A stretch of 60,771 nt of DNA from a bacterium (GCA_037445575.1 JBBIKH010000002.1:9509-70279), one strand, 5' to 3'; counted from the first letter of the stretch, positions 9,483 to 18,575 are shown. Notes: generated from the letters alone by a model not told the origin. Numbers and translations are program-made.

Positions 9483-10355
9483 CTACGACGACTCCAGAAG
9501 GTCCAAATGCAACACCACGCGCACCGTCCCGCCGGCGAGAGGAGCAACCACCAGCTTAGTCAGCTGCACCGCAGCCCCGGCATCGTCCAGCTGGCGGAGG
9601 TACTCATGCACCGCAGGCAACTTCCCTTCCATAATCAGTTGGAAGGGGGTGTGGTAGGTGTCCTCCACCTTGGTGCGTCGCACGCTGCTCAACTTCACCA
9701 CCCGCAGACCCGCAGCCTGGGCGATCCGATTAAGCAGCGTTTGCAGGCTATCCGGGGAGGAAGGCCGCAGACCGAGAAGCTGAGCCGCGGACTCGGTGCT
9801 CTCTAGGCTCCCGACCAAAAGGGCACGCTGTCCCCGGTGCCGCACGCTGACGGTCCCTTCGGCGAGCATCCCCTTAAGCCCATCGGCATAGGCCTGGATG
9901 TCCGCCTGTCCTCCGCCGTCCAACTCCAGGTAGAATCGCCCAGTTGTATAGGAGAGCGAACGAAGAGAAGCGCTTGCAGGCAGGGCTGCCAGGAGGTCCT
10001 CAATCCTCTCTGCCAGCGTGCTGCGAACCGTCGCCTCCGCGGGGGGCGTAGCCGTGGTGTCCACCAACTGCTCCATGCTGGGCTCGGTCGAAGGGGCGGG
10101 CCGATGCACGAAGGGCTTCCAGACCAGGAAAACAACCGCAAGGGTAATCCCAGCAAAGATGAGGAACACAAGCCATGCGACCCACGCGCGGCGCTTGCGG
10201 GGTTCCTCCTCCTCATACCCACTTTCCCCCCATGCCGGAGGACTCGCCTGCTGGCCTCCAGAGCTCGGCTCTTCGAAGCGGTAGGGCTCAAACTCCCCCC
10301 CAGTGGAGCCCGACTCCTGCGATTCGTCCTCTCCCAACAGATTGATATCAACCAT
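9483..10355 (-). CDS. PilN/PilO-like type IV pilus assembly protein, apparently a fusion
   Basis: 290 aa. The N-terminus MVDINLLGED matches the PilN INLL signature. An acidic linker and one TM segment (AWVAWLVFLIFAGITLAVVFLVW) follow. The periplasmic C-terminal part ends in a PilO-like alpha/beta region (PFQLIMEGKLPAVHEYLRQLDDAGAAVQLTKLVVAP). Confidence 0.6.
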   Translation of the reverse strand: MVDINLLGEDESQESGSTGGEFEPYRFEEPSSGGQQASPPAWGESGYEEEEPRKRRAWVAWLVFLIFAGITLAVVFLVWKPFVHRPAPSTEPSMEQLVDTTATPPAEATVRSTLAERIEDLLAALPASASLRSLSYTTGRFYLELDGGGQADIQAYADGLKGMLAEGTVSVRHRGQRALLVGSLESTESAAQLLGLRPSSPDSLQTLLNRIAQAAGLRVVKLSSVRRTKVEDTYHTPFQLIMEGKLPAVHEYLRQLDDAGAAVQLTKLVVAPLAGGTVRVVLHLDLLESS

Positions 10356-10370
10356 GGCCGATCCCTCCCT

Positions 10371-11315
10371 TTAGGCGCACACCCGCGCCACCCCCCGGAG
10401 TGCTGCCCCTATGGCAGCAACCAGCTCGTGGCCAGCTGCGGATGGGCAAGCCCGCGCCACCTCTGCCGACACTTGCAAACGTTGAAAGGCGTTTACGACA
10501 TCCACCGGCATGGAACAGCGCTGCCGCAAAAGAGGGGACAGCTCTTCGGAGGATGTCCCGTAAAGGAGTAGCCGCCCCAAGCGCGTGCCCCCGTTCTGCC
10601 GCTCAAGCCAGTCAGCCAGGTCGCGGGCTAACGACTCGTCCCAAGAGCCGGGCGCCACTTCGTCGCGCTCAGGAAGAGGCGCTTCCTGTAGCTCCCATAG
10701 CTCACCGCCTCTGAGCACTGCCAAAGAGGCCACAGGGGGCGAGAGCCGAAGCACCGCAGCGGTAGAACCAGTGCCCAGATCGTGATTATGAGTTACGGCA
10801 CGCACACCAGCGAACACGTCAAGGTCAATCGCCGCCAGGCGCACCCCAGCTCTTTGCGCAACGCTTTTCAACAACTCGATAAGTGCTTTACGAATGGCCA
10901 CCACCACCAGCCGATCCTGGGCGCCGTCCTGGAGAGCAACGTAGGAAGAGTCTACGCGATAATCGTTCCTATCGGCGACCAGCAGTTGGTCCACCTCCCA
11001 ACGCATCTGATCGGCAAGCTCCTCCTTGCTCATCCCGCGGTCCACCGGCAGGCATTTGACAAGCGCCAAACGATCCGAGATCGCCACGGCAATACCTGGC
11101 GCAGCCCTGTGTCCCTCGGCAAGGGTGCGCATCGCACTGACCATCGATTCTTGGGCGTCGTTTTCCCCCACCATGGAGAAATCAAATCCCTTTTCCAGAC
11201 TCAGGCTGGTCACACGGCTGACCATCGGCCTGTCGCCAGCAGGCTGCAGCTCCACCGCCACCAGGCTGTGCCCTGCAAGGGATACTCCGACAAACGCCTG
11301 CTGCTGCCCGTTCAC
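10371..11315 (-). CDS. pilM: PilM-like actin-fold pilus assembly protein
   Basis: 314 aa. It follows the PilM pattern: VGVSLAGHSLVAVEL, then LALVKCLPVDRGMSKEELADQMRWEVDQLL, then VVVAIRKALIELLKSVAQRAGVRLAAIDLDVFAG. It sits directly upstream of the INLL-type gene. Confidence 0.7.
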   Translation of the reverse strand: MNGQQQAFVGVSLAGHSLVAVELQPAGDRPMVSRVTSLSLEKGFDFSMVGENDAQESMVSAMRTLAEGHRAAPGIAVAISDRLALVKCLPVDRGMSKEELADQMRWEVDQLLVADRNDYRVDSSYVALQDGAQDRLVVVAIRKALIELLKSVAQRAGVRLAAIDLDVFAGVRAVTHNHDLGTGSTAAVLRLSPPVASLAVLRGGELWELQEAPLPERDEVAPGSWDESLARDLADWLERQNGGTRLGRLLLYGTSSEELSPLLRQRCSMPVDVVNAFQRLQVSAEVARACPSAAGHELVAAIGAALRGVARVCA

Positions 11316-11356
11316 TATGATCTCCCCAACAGACGAGTGAACAGCATGCGTGCCAG

Positions 11357-12265
11357 CTACCGTCTCGTAGTCCAGCTCCGCTCCCCACCTTCAATCCGGC
11401 CGTGGTTCTCGATGCGCAGGCCGCCAATGCGATATCGCCAAAAGTCTTTCTTGGCGTCCGCAATGAAAACCGAATCGATGGGGCAGCTGATAGTTACGGA
11501 CTTGATCACGGAGGTGTCGTCCACAGCTATCTTGTACACTTGTTGGCTGGTAGGGCAGGTCGAGAAGGTAGCTAACGTTGCCTCCGCCACCGAATCGCTG
11601 AGCGCCAACAAGCGAGGGCTGTGCTCCAGCACGCCCAACACCCAGCGCTGCGGCTGCTCCAGATCAAGGATCTCCGTAGCCACAAACCAAAGGACGTTGA
11701 CAATGTCCCGGTTGGTCACCAGCGGAGCACCCGTGGCTATCGCCTGTGACACCGCTACCGGCACCCGCAGTGTGTCGACCAGCGCGCTGTCGGGGATGAC
11801 CTTCCAGTTGCCAAGGATGACGTCCAACGGCAACTTGGAGTACCGCTGCTGCAAGCGCTCCAGCGCCAAAAAGTCCACCAACTGCCGATCCTCAGGTAGC
11901 CCTTGGCGTGCCGCATTCACTGCAGCGACCAGCTCCTCCTTAGGCGCACGATCGCGGATGGCATTGATGGCATCTACACAGAGCAGCGAGTCCAGGTGCT
12001 TGAACTCCTGAAGGCGAGCCTTGGAAGTGTCGCCAAGGATGAGGTTGACCAGCTTGGGGATGCTGTCCGTGTACGTGTTGTTGTGGCTCAGATACAACAG
12101 TTCCGCCCGCAGCAGATGGTCCATCCGCTGACGGCACAGGTCGGTGTTTCCTTCCTCCTCTTTCCAAAGCTTCTTGGGGTAGAGGATGGTGCCCACCAGT
12201 CCCGCAATCAGGACGATAATGAGCAGCTGGTACAGGATTGAACCTCTCGACTTGGCATCCGCCAT
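11357..12265 (-). CDS. Membrane-anchored protein with a degenerate type IV pilin-like N-terminus
   Basis: 302 aa. MADAKSRG/SILYQLLIIVLIAGLVGTILYP resembles a prepilin leader plus hydrophobic helix, but has Q rather than E at +5. The following CRQRMDHLLRAELLY segment resembles the helix continuation of pseudopilins. The rest has no match I recognise. Confidence 0.4.
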   Translation of the reverse strand: MADAKSRGSILYQLLIIVLIAGLVGTILYPKKLWKEEEGNTDLCRQRMDHLLRAELLYLSHNNTYTDSIPKLVNLILGDTSKARLQEFKHLDSLLCVDAINAIRDRAPKEELVAAVNAARQGLPEDRQLVDFLALERLQQRYSKLPLDVILGNWKVIPDSALVDTLRVPVAVSQAIATGAPLVTNRDIVNVLWFVATEILDLEQPQRWVLGVLEHSPRLLALSDSVAEATLATFSTCPTSQQVYKIAVDDTSVIKSVTISCPIDSVFIADAKKDFWRYRIGGLRIENHGRIEGGERSWTTRR

Positions 12266-12296
12266 TGTTCCTCCGCAAATTCAGTACGCTGCAAGC

Positions 12297-12749
12297 TCAA
12301 CCGATGGTCAGGTAAGGTCGAATTCGCGCGAACGTTCGCTCTCCAATCCCCTTGACCTGCTTGATTTCCTCTATGCTTCGAAACGGTCCCCGTTGCTCTC
12401 GATAGGCCACAATCCTCTGCGCGAGAGCCGGTCCGATGTGCGGCAGCTTTTCCAGCTCTGCGGCGGAGGCACGATTGATGTCCACCAACCAGAGGTGCGT
12501 CGTCCTCACGGCCACCGAGCTCGGCTTCGCCGCGGTGTCGCCTACCGCCACGGGAGTAACCTGCGCCATCTGGGCAGCTCTGGCGACAAATTCCCGTCGC
12601 AGAGAGTCCATGGCCACCACCGCATGGATGTTGTCCAAACGTTGTCCGCGGTGGCGCATGTGGAGGTTCACCCCCGCACCCACCACAAGCCCCAAAATGA
12701 GAAACACCACCATGCGCCGTTCTTGCTTGGAAAGAACGAGCATTTTCAA
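12297..12749 (-). CDS. comEA: ComEA-family helix-hairpin-helix DNA-binding protein
   Basis: 150 aa with an N-terminal TM segment. The C-terminus VDINRASAAELEKLPHIGPALAQRIVAYREQRGPFRSIEEIKQVKGIGERTFARIRPYL is a tandem HhH motif typical of ComEA. Confidence 0.8.
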   Translation of the reverse strand: MKMLVLSKQERRMVVFLILGLVVGAGVNLHMRHRGQRLDNIHAVVAMDSLRREFVARAAQMAQVTPVAVGDTAAKPSSVAVRTTHLWLVDINRASAAELEKLPHIGPALAQRIVAYREQRGPFRSIEEIKQVKGIGERTFARIRPYLTIG

Positions 12750-12750
12750 C

Positions 12751-13887
12751 TCAGTGAAACGTCTTTTTCACCTTTTCCCGAAAGTCCGGTGCATCAACAG
12801 GGGGGCGCAGGTTTTCCGAATCCTTGAGCGACGCCAAGAGCTCGCGTTCGCGAACACTGAGCTTAGTGGGCGTCCAGACGACGATGCGCACCAGTTGATC
12901 TCCCCGCCCGTGGCCATGCAGGTGAGGGATCCCCTTGCCGCGCATGCGTAGTATCTTGCCCGATTGTGTGCCTGGGTCGATCTGCAACTGGACTCTGCCG
13001 TTCAGCGTCGGTACTTCCACCTCGTCCCCTAGCGCTGCTTGCACGAAGCTGATGGGGAGGTCGTAGAGAATATCATCACCATGCCGCTCAAAGTAGGGGT
13101 GTTCGTTCTCCTCAATGAGCACGATGGCGTCGCCCGGCGGCCCGCCGAGGGGTCCAGCATTGCCCTCGTTGCGCAACGTGATGTAGTTACCAGTGGAGAC
13201 ACCTGCTGGCACGCGCACTTCAATCGTCTGCTCGGCTTGCACTCTCCCACTGCCGTTGCACTCCGGGCAGGGGCGGGTAATGATCTCACCCCTTCCTTCG
13301 CAGCGGGAGCAGGTGGTGATGTTCAGAAACGAGCCAAAGATGGAGCGCGTGGCTTGCCGCACTTCGCCGGTGCCATGGCACAACGGACACGTGGTAGGGG
13401 GTGCGTCAGGGTGCGCCCCGCTCCCGCCGCAATGTTCGCACCGCACCAGGCGCTTCAGCTTGAGCCTCTTAGTGACGCCGGTGGCGATCTCTTCCAGATC
13501 CAGGCGAAGTCGAATTTGCAGGTCCGAGCCACGCTGCGGGCCCCTTTGGCGGCCTTCCCCCATGCCGAACAGGTCGGCAAAGCCCCCGAACCCTGCAGAC
13601 ATGAAGACGCGCAAGGCGTCACTGAGGTCAAAGCCAAAACCGCCAAAGCTGTCATAGCCCGCCTTGACCCCTTCGTGGCCGTACAAGTCATAGCGCCGCC
13701 GTTTTTCCGGATCGCGCAGGACCTCGTATGCCTCGGCTGCCTCCTTGAACCGCTCCTCCGCCTCCTTGTCCCCTGGGTTCCTATCGGGATGGTACTTCAT
13801 GGCCATGCGCCGATAGGCCTTCTTGATCTCCTCCTCGCTGGCGTCCCGAGGAACCTCCAGGACTTCATAGTAGTCCCGCTTTTTCAT
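12751..13887 (-). CDS. dnaJ: Chaperone DnaJ
   Basis: J-domain [37 protein letters not shown], a G/F region and four CxxCxGxG zinc-finger repeats ([32 protein letters not shown]). The ATG at 13887 is preferred over the track's GTG at 13896. Confidence 0.95.
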   Translation of the reverse strand: MKKRDYYEVLEVPRDASEEEIKKAYRRMAMKYHPDRNPGDKEAEERFKEAAEAYEVLRDPEKRRRYDLYGHEGVKAGYDSFGGFGFDLSDALRVFMSAGFGGFADLFGMGEGRQRGPQRGSDLQIRLRLDLEEIATGVTKRLKLKRLVRCEHCGGSGAHPDAPPTTCPLCHGTGEVRQATRSIFGSFLNITTCSRCEGRGEIITRPCPECNGSGRVQAEQTIEVRVPAGVSTGNYITLRNEGNAGPLGGPPGDAIVLIEENEHPYFERHGDDILYDLPISFVQAALGDEVEVPTLNGRVQLQIDPGTQSGKILRMRGKGIPHLHGHGRGDQLVRIVVWTPTKLSVRERELLASLKDSENLRPPVDAPDFREKVKKTFH

Positions 13888-13936
13888 GTCACGCACTGCC
13901 GGTCCCGGCGGTTAGTAAGAGCAGCACCCAGGTTCA

Positions 13937-14495
13937 TCACCTGCTGACGACCACCTTAGCTGGGCGCAGCACTCGCCCTTGAAATTCGTAGCCGCGCTGA
14001 TGTTCCATCACCACCGTGTTGGCAGGCGCACCGTCGCTGTCCGTCTGCATGAGCGCCTCATGGCGCTCGGGATCGAACGGTTGCCCCACTGCCGCAATCG
14101 GCACCAGCCCCCGCTCCTGGAGCACCTTGCTCAACTTGTCATAGATCAGCTGTACCCCCGCGCGGAATTGCTCCAACGAAACCCCTTCCGGGTCCTGCTG
14201 CAAGGCGCGTTCAAAGTCATCCAGTATCGGGAGCAGCGCGCGCACGAGGTCGGCATTGGCGTTGATTATCACCTCTGCCAGTTCGCGCTGTCCGCTTCTT
14301 ATAGTTGTCAAACTCGGCAGCTTTGCGCAGCAACCGCTCGTTGCACTGCGCCAGCTGCTGCTGCAAGGCTTCGATTTCCGCCCGTAGGGACTTGACCGTC
14401 GCCCGCGGCGCGCCCTTCTTCTTCGCCTCCGGCGCCGCCGTCTGTTGCTGATCAGCAGTCGTGAGTGTCGAGTCCTTCTCCTCAGTCATCGTCAC
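13937..14495 (-). pseudogene. grpE: grpE split by an apparent 1-nt frameshift, either genuine or an assembly/sequencing error
   Basis: Track ORF 14217..14495 ends its homologous part at ...LLRKAAEFDNYKKR. Track ORF 13937..14311 carries ...QRELAEVIINANADLVRALLPILDDFERAL...VVMEHQRGYEFQGRVLRPAKVVVS. Deleting nt 14291 joins them into a GrpE of about 185 aa. Confidence 0.85.
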
Positions 14496-14521
14496 GATCT
14501 ATCTATCCACCCGATGTGCCT

Positions 14522-15559
14522 TCAAATGACCTGCCGTTCGCGAATGAGCTCCCGCAACACCTGTGCCATGTAATCCACCAAGGCGATGACCTTGGCGTAC
14601 TGCATGCGCGTGGGCCCAAGCACGCCAAGGGTCCCCGTCACATCGCCAAGGTTGTACGTGGCAGTGATCAGGCTGCAGCTGCGCATAAGCTCTTCGCGGT
14701 TCTCCTCCCCGATGATGATGGAGACACCCTCCTTCTTGCCCTGGTCATTCAGCACCTGAATGAGCACGTGCTTCTGATCAAGCAGTTGCAATATCTTCCG
14801 CATCTGCTCGTGGCTGATGAACTCCGGCTGCGAAAGGATGTTGCCGGTGCCACTGACGTAGAAGTGGGCGCCTGCGTCGACATCGAACACCGACTCGGCA
14901 GAGCCGACGATCAGCCGCACTAGCTCCGGAGAGCCTTCAGAAATGTCGGCCATGCGCTTGTCGATGGAGCGCTTGATCTCCAGGAGCGTGAGTCCGTGCA
15001 ACCGCTCATTGAGAACACGCGCCGTCTCCTCGAGGCGATCCCGCGATAGGTTGGAGTCGATCTCCATGAGAATGGTCTTCACCAACCCTGACTTGACGCG
15101 GATCACCACCAAGATGCGTTTGTCGGCGATCTCCACCAGGTCGAGGCGGTCAAATACCCCCTGGTAGAAACGGGGCGCAAGCACCACCCCCAACAGCTTT
15201 GAGATGTTGCCGAGGGCACGCGACGAGCTCTCTAAGATCTGCTCCACGTCGGCGGAGGGGCACAGCAGCTTCCTGCGGATATCCTCTCGCTCCTGTGGCG
15301 TCAGATCGTCGACCTCCATCAGACTGTCGACGTAGTACCGATAGCCCCGGTCTGTGGGCACCCGCCCGGCAGAGGTGTGCGGATGAGTGATGAGGCCCTT
15401 CTCCTCCAAGTCCGCCATGACGTTCCTGATGGTCGCCGCGCTGACCTCCATCCCGCACTGCTTGGCGACGAGGCGGGAACCCACCGGCCTGGCATTCTGG
15501 ATAAAGTTCCGCACCACCGAGCGGAACACCTGCTCTTCCCTTGGCGTAAGCTCCGTCAT
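14522..15559 (-). CDS. hrcA: Heat-inducible transcription repressor HrcA
   Basis: The sequence from MTELTPREEQVFRSVVRNFIQNARPVGSRLVAKQCGMEVSAATIRNVMADLEEKGLITHPHTSAGRVPTDRGYRYYVD onward is the typical HrcA N-terminal winged helix. The ATG at 15559 is preferred over the track start at 15616. Confidence 0.9.
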   Translation of the reverse strand: MTELTPREEQVFRSVVRNFIQNARPVGSRLVAKQCGMEVSAATIRNVMADLEEKGLITHPHTSAGRVPTDRGYRYYVDSLMEVDDLTPQEREDIRRKLLCPSADVEQILESSSRALGNISKLLGVVLAPRFYQGVFDRLDLVEIADKRILVVIRVKSGLVKTILMEIDSNLSRDRLEETARVLNERLHGLTLLEIKRSIDKRMADISEGSPELVRLIVGSAESVFDVDAGAHFYVSGTGNILSQPEFISHEQMRKILQLLDQKHVLIQVLNDQGKKEGVSIIIGEENREELMRSCSLITATYNLGDVTGTLGVLGPTRMQYAKVIALVDYMAQVLRELIRERQVI

Positions 15560-15606
15560 AATGTCTGATTGACACGAGTTACCCACATACCCACATGATG
15601 TGTTGT

Positions 15607-15635
15607 AATATATCAATCTCCTGCCCCTTTGTCAA
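15607..15635 (-). promoter_or_regulatory. Sigma70-type promoter for hrcA-grpE-dnaJ
   Basis: The minus strand reads TTGACA (15635-15630), a 17 nt spacer, then TATATT (15612-15607), about 45 nt upstream of the hrcA ATG. Confidence 0.55.
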
Positions 15636-15654
15636 GCAAAAAGAGGACTTGCGT

Positions 15655-16512
15655 TCAATACTTGAGGAGGCGCCTCACGGCGACGAAACTGCCCATCCAG
15701 CCCAACAGGATGCCTGCAGCCAAGATTGAGGGGAAGAACAGATCGGGCAGCACCAACAGATGGGGCGCCTCCACTGAGGCGAGTCGCACCAGGACCCAAA
15801 GGAAAAACACCGCCAGTGCACCACCAGCACCTCCTTGCAACATTCCCTCCACCAGGAAGGGACGCCTGATAAACCCTGGGGTCGCCCCCACCAGTTTCAT
15901 CGTGCCGATAATCTGACGTTTGGCGTGAATGATCAGACGAATGGTATTAAAGACGACAAAGATCGAGCCCAGCACCAAGGCGATGCCCACGACCACGTCG
16001 ACGGTTATGGCAAGCTGGAGATAGCGGTCGAGCAGCCGAAAGAGCTCGGCGCGATACACTACCTCGCTCACCCCCTTGAGGGCTCGCAGCTTGGCCGCTA
16101 CCGACTCGGCCACTGGTGCGGAGCGGCTGTTGGCCGTGAGCGCCACGCGGAAGGAGGCTGGCAAGGGGTTTTCGCCAAGGATCTCCAGGACGTCGTCCCC
16201 GAACTCCTCCTTGATAGCCCGGGCCGCGGCCTCCTTGGAGACGAACTCCACCTTTGCTACGCCTGGGGTCGCGCGGATCTGCCGCTCCAGGTCGGCGATG
16301 GCAGCCCCCTCCAGCGCATCGTCCACAAAGACCTCGAAGGTCATGCGCTGCTGCAGAGCGGCCGCCAGGCGATTGAGGTTGAGACTTACTGCGGCAAAGG
16401 CCCCCAACAGGGTCAAGGCGAGGGCGACGGTGGACAGAGACACGAAGCTAGAAAAGGGAGCCCGCCGAAATCCTTCGATCCCTTCCCGGATGCTGCACCA
16501 AAACCCACTCAC
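15655..16512 (-). CDS. ftsX: Cell-division ABC transporter permease FtsX
   Basis: 285 aa with FtsX topology: a TM segment, a periplasmic domain, then three TM segments. The motif KRQIIGTMKLVGATPGFIRRPFLVEGMLQG is present. The start overlaps the ftsE stop by 4 nt. Confidence 0.9.
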   Translation of the reverse strand: MSGFWCSIREGIEGFRRAPFSSFVSLSTVALALTLLGAFAAVSLNLNRLAAALQQRMTFEVFVDDALEGAAIADLERQIRATPGVAKVEFVSKEAAARAIKEEFGDDVLEILGENPLPASFRVALTANSRSAPVAESVAAKLRALKGVSEVVYRAELFRLLDRYLQLAITVDVVVGIALVLGSIFVVFNTIRLIIHAKRQIIGTMKLVGATPGFIRRPFLVEGMLQGGAGGALAVFFLWVLVRLASVEAPHLLVLPDLFFPSILAAGILLGWMGSFVAVRRLLKY

Positions 16513-17156
16513 AGTGTTCTCCCCCCGTCAATGCGCACGATCCGTTTTCCGGCTCGCTCCACAAGGGCATAATTGTGCGTGGCCATGAGCACCGCTGTGC
16601 CCTTGAGGTTAATCTTCTCCAGGAGTTCCAACACTCCGCGAGCAGTGTCGGGGTCCAGGTTGCCGGTCGGCTCATCCGCAAGCAGTGCCAACGGCTCATT
16701 CACCAGAGCGCGGGCGATGGCCACGCGCTGCTGCTCACCCCCGGAAAGCTCATGCGGCATGCGGTGCCGCTTGTGGCTCAAACCAACCTCCGCCAGGACG
16801 CGCAGTACCTTGCGCTTGATCTCTTTCCTTTTTGCTCCTGTCACGCGCAAGGCGAAGGCCACGTTCTCGAACACGTCCCGGTCCGGCAAAAGGCGAAAGT
16901 CCTGAAACACAATGCCCAACAGCCGCCGCAAGTAGGGGATTTCCCGCCGCTTGATACGCGAGGAGTCGTATTGGTGGACCTTCACAACCCCTTGTTGTGG
17001 GCGTTCTTCCATGTAAATGAGTTTGAGCACCGTGGTCTTGCCGGCGCCGCTGGGCCCCACCAGGAACACGAACTCCCCCGGATGCACATCCAGGTTTACG
17101 CACTCGACTCCCCCGCCGTCGGGGTAGAGCATGCGCACGTCTCTTAGGTGAATCAT
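16509..17156 (-). CDS. ftsE: Cell-division ATP-binding protein FtsE
   Basis: 215 aa with Walker [13 protein letters not shown] signature [15 protein letters not shown] and Walker [12 protein letters not shown]. Confidence 0.95.
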   Translation of the reverse strand: MIHLRDVRMLYPDGGGVECVNLDVHPGEFVFLVGPSGAGKTTVLKLIYMEERPQQGVVKVHQYDSSRIKRREIPYLRRLLGIVFQDFRLLPDRDVFENVAFALRVTGAKRKEIKRKVLRVLAEVGLSHKRHRMPHELSGGEQQRVAIARALVNEPLALLADEPTGNLDPDTARGVLELLEKINLKGTAVLMATHNYALVERAGKRIVRIDGGRTL

Positions 17157-17971
17157 CCCCGTTCCCCTACCTTTGCGTCACCCGCTCCCTTGGACTCTTC
17201 CCGGAGTCGCAGGACATAGTGCACGCGCTCGCACTGCTCTGTGCCGGGCTTGACGGTAAAGTCGCAGTACTTGGCTTCTATTGTCAAGGGGCTGTCCTGT
17301 ACCATTGCTTCCACCTCGACCAGTCGGTAGATGCGCTGCTGATGCAGCTCTTTGAACACCACTCCCGGCTCCCTGGCCAGCTCGATTTCGAACTCGTTGA
17401 TCTGAAGGTCCTCGGCCTCCAAGTACCAGCTCTTCCGGGTGTAGGAGAATCCTGGACCTCTCTCTCGGTCGCGGAAATTACGGAAATTGCGGCGCGAGTT
17501 CAGAGCGGTGCAGACATCGAAGACGAACACACCGTCTTGCTGGAGGCCATCTGCCACGCGGCGCAGAGCCTCCGCCCACTCCTCAGCAGAAAGCAGGTAA
17601 TTCATGCTGTCATAGATGCACACCACCGCAGGGAAGCGCCGGCGTACGGCAAGCAGCCGCATGTCAGCAACCCACATGGGGGCCCGTACTCCACGCTGGC
17701 GGAACTTTGCTGCTGCCTCCCGCACCATGTGGCCGCTGAGGTCGCAGAGCACCGGTTGCCAACCAAGGCGATGCAGGTGCCAGCTCAGTGAGCCTGTGCC
17801 GCACGCCAGGTCCAGCAGGGGGCCGCGGCGCACCCCCGCCCGCGTCAATAACAGGTCCACATGCTCTGCCCACAGCTGGTAGTCCACGTGGCGCATCACA
17901 TGGTCATAGATTTCCGCCAGCCGCGAGTACGGCCTGGCTTCATACCGTGGCGTCGACCAGGGTAGCTGCAA
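17153..17971 (-). CDS. Class I SAM-dependent methyltransferase
   Basis: 272 aa. LLDLACGTGSLSWHL is SAM motif I, followed by AVVCIYDSMNYL and GVFVFD. The start is a TTG as called by the track; the substrate is unknown. Confidence 0.7.
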   Translation of the reverse strand: MQLPWSTPRYEARPYSRLAEIYDHVMRHVDYQLWAEHVDLLLTRAGVRRGPLLDLACGTGSLSWHLHRLGWQPVLCDLSGHMVREAAAKFRQRGVRAPMWVADMRLLAVRRRFPAVVCIYDSMNYLLSAEEWAEALRRVADGLQQDGVFVFDVCTALNSRRNFRNFRDRERGPGFSYTRKSWYLEAEDLQINEFEIELAREPGVVFKELHQQRIYRLVEVEAMVQDSPLTIEAKYCDFTVKPGTEQCERVHYVLRLREESKGAGDAKVGERG

Positions 17972-18575
17972 TGCGCAGTGACTCCTTCAGGGACACAAAC
18001 AGTCGGTCTATCTGAGCGCTGTCGTCGGGGACGGCGACGACAATCGGTTTCGGTACCCCCTTGGCGACGCGCACCAGAGGGCTTTCTCTGGCCGAAAGCA
18101 GCGGCACCCCACTCTCCAGCCGCAACCATTCGCCTATCAGGGAACCAAGGTCCTGGTACTGAAAGCCAGCCGCCCGCACCGCTTCCATGGCCACCGGGGC
18201 GATGACGGCCGCCTCGGCCCATCCAAAGAGCAAGATCTGCAGTGCCGCGTCCAGGTCTTCGAGCGTCCGTTCACCGGCGCGCTCCAGCGGGCCCGTGGGG
18301 CGTGGGGTCAAAGGGTGCTTGGCTCGGTCGACCACACACAGCACTTCGTCCCCAATGGTGCCTTCCTCAAACAGGCCAACTCGCTGTAGTCGGACGTGTA
18401 CGTCCATCTGCGCTGCGACGGTGCTCAGAACATCCATATCCCCTGCAAGGATCGGGCGGCAGAGGGCGGTGATCTCTGGGTCAAGGGCTGCCCGCAAGGC
18501 GGCTTTCGCGTTGTCGCCCTGGGGGTTGCCAACCGCCACCACCACACGCGGCAACCTTGCCTCAGCTGAGCTCAT
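17940..18575 (-). CDS. Divergent, short PdxA-like protein of uncertain function
   Basis: 211 aa. Its N-terminal layout resembles the PdxA/PdxA2 family: PRVVVAVGNPQGDNAKAALRAALDPEITALCRPILAGDMDVL, then AAVIAPVAMEAVRAAGFQYQDLGSLIGEW. However the GDPAGIGPE-type motif is degenerate and the C-terminal half is missing. Confidence 0.35.
   Translation of the reverse strand: MSSAEARLPRVVVAVGNPQGDNAKAALRAALDPEITALCRPILAGDMDVLSTVAAQMDVHVRLQRVGLFEEGTIGDEVLCVVDRAKHPLTPRPTGPLERAGERTLEDLDAALQILLFGWAEAAVIAPVAMEAVRAAGFQYQDLGSLIGEWLRLESGVPLLSARESPLVRVAKGVPKPIVVAVPDDSAQIDRLFVSLKESLRIAATLVDATV

Noticed and set aside
15560-15654. An expected CIRCE element upstream of hrcA.
   Set aside because: No TTAGCACTC/GAGTGCTAA half-sites were found by eye in this leader. 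This is reported as a finding, not annotated as a feature.
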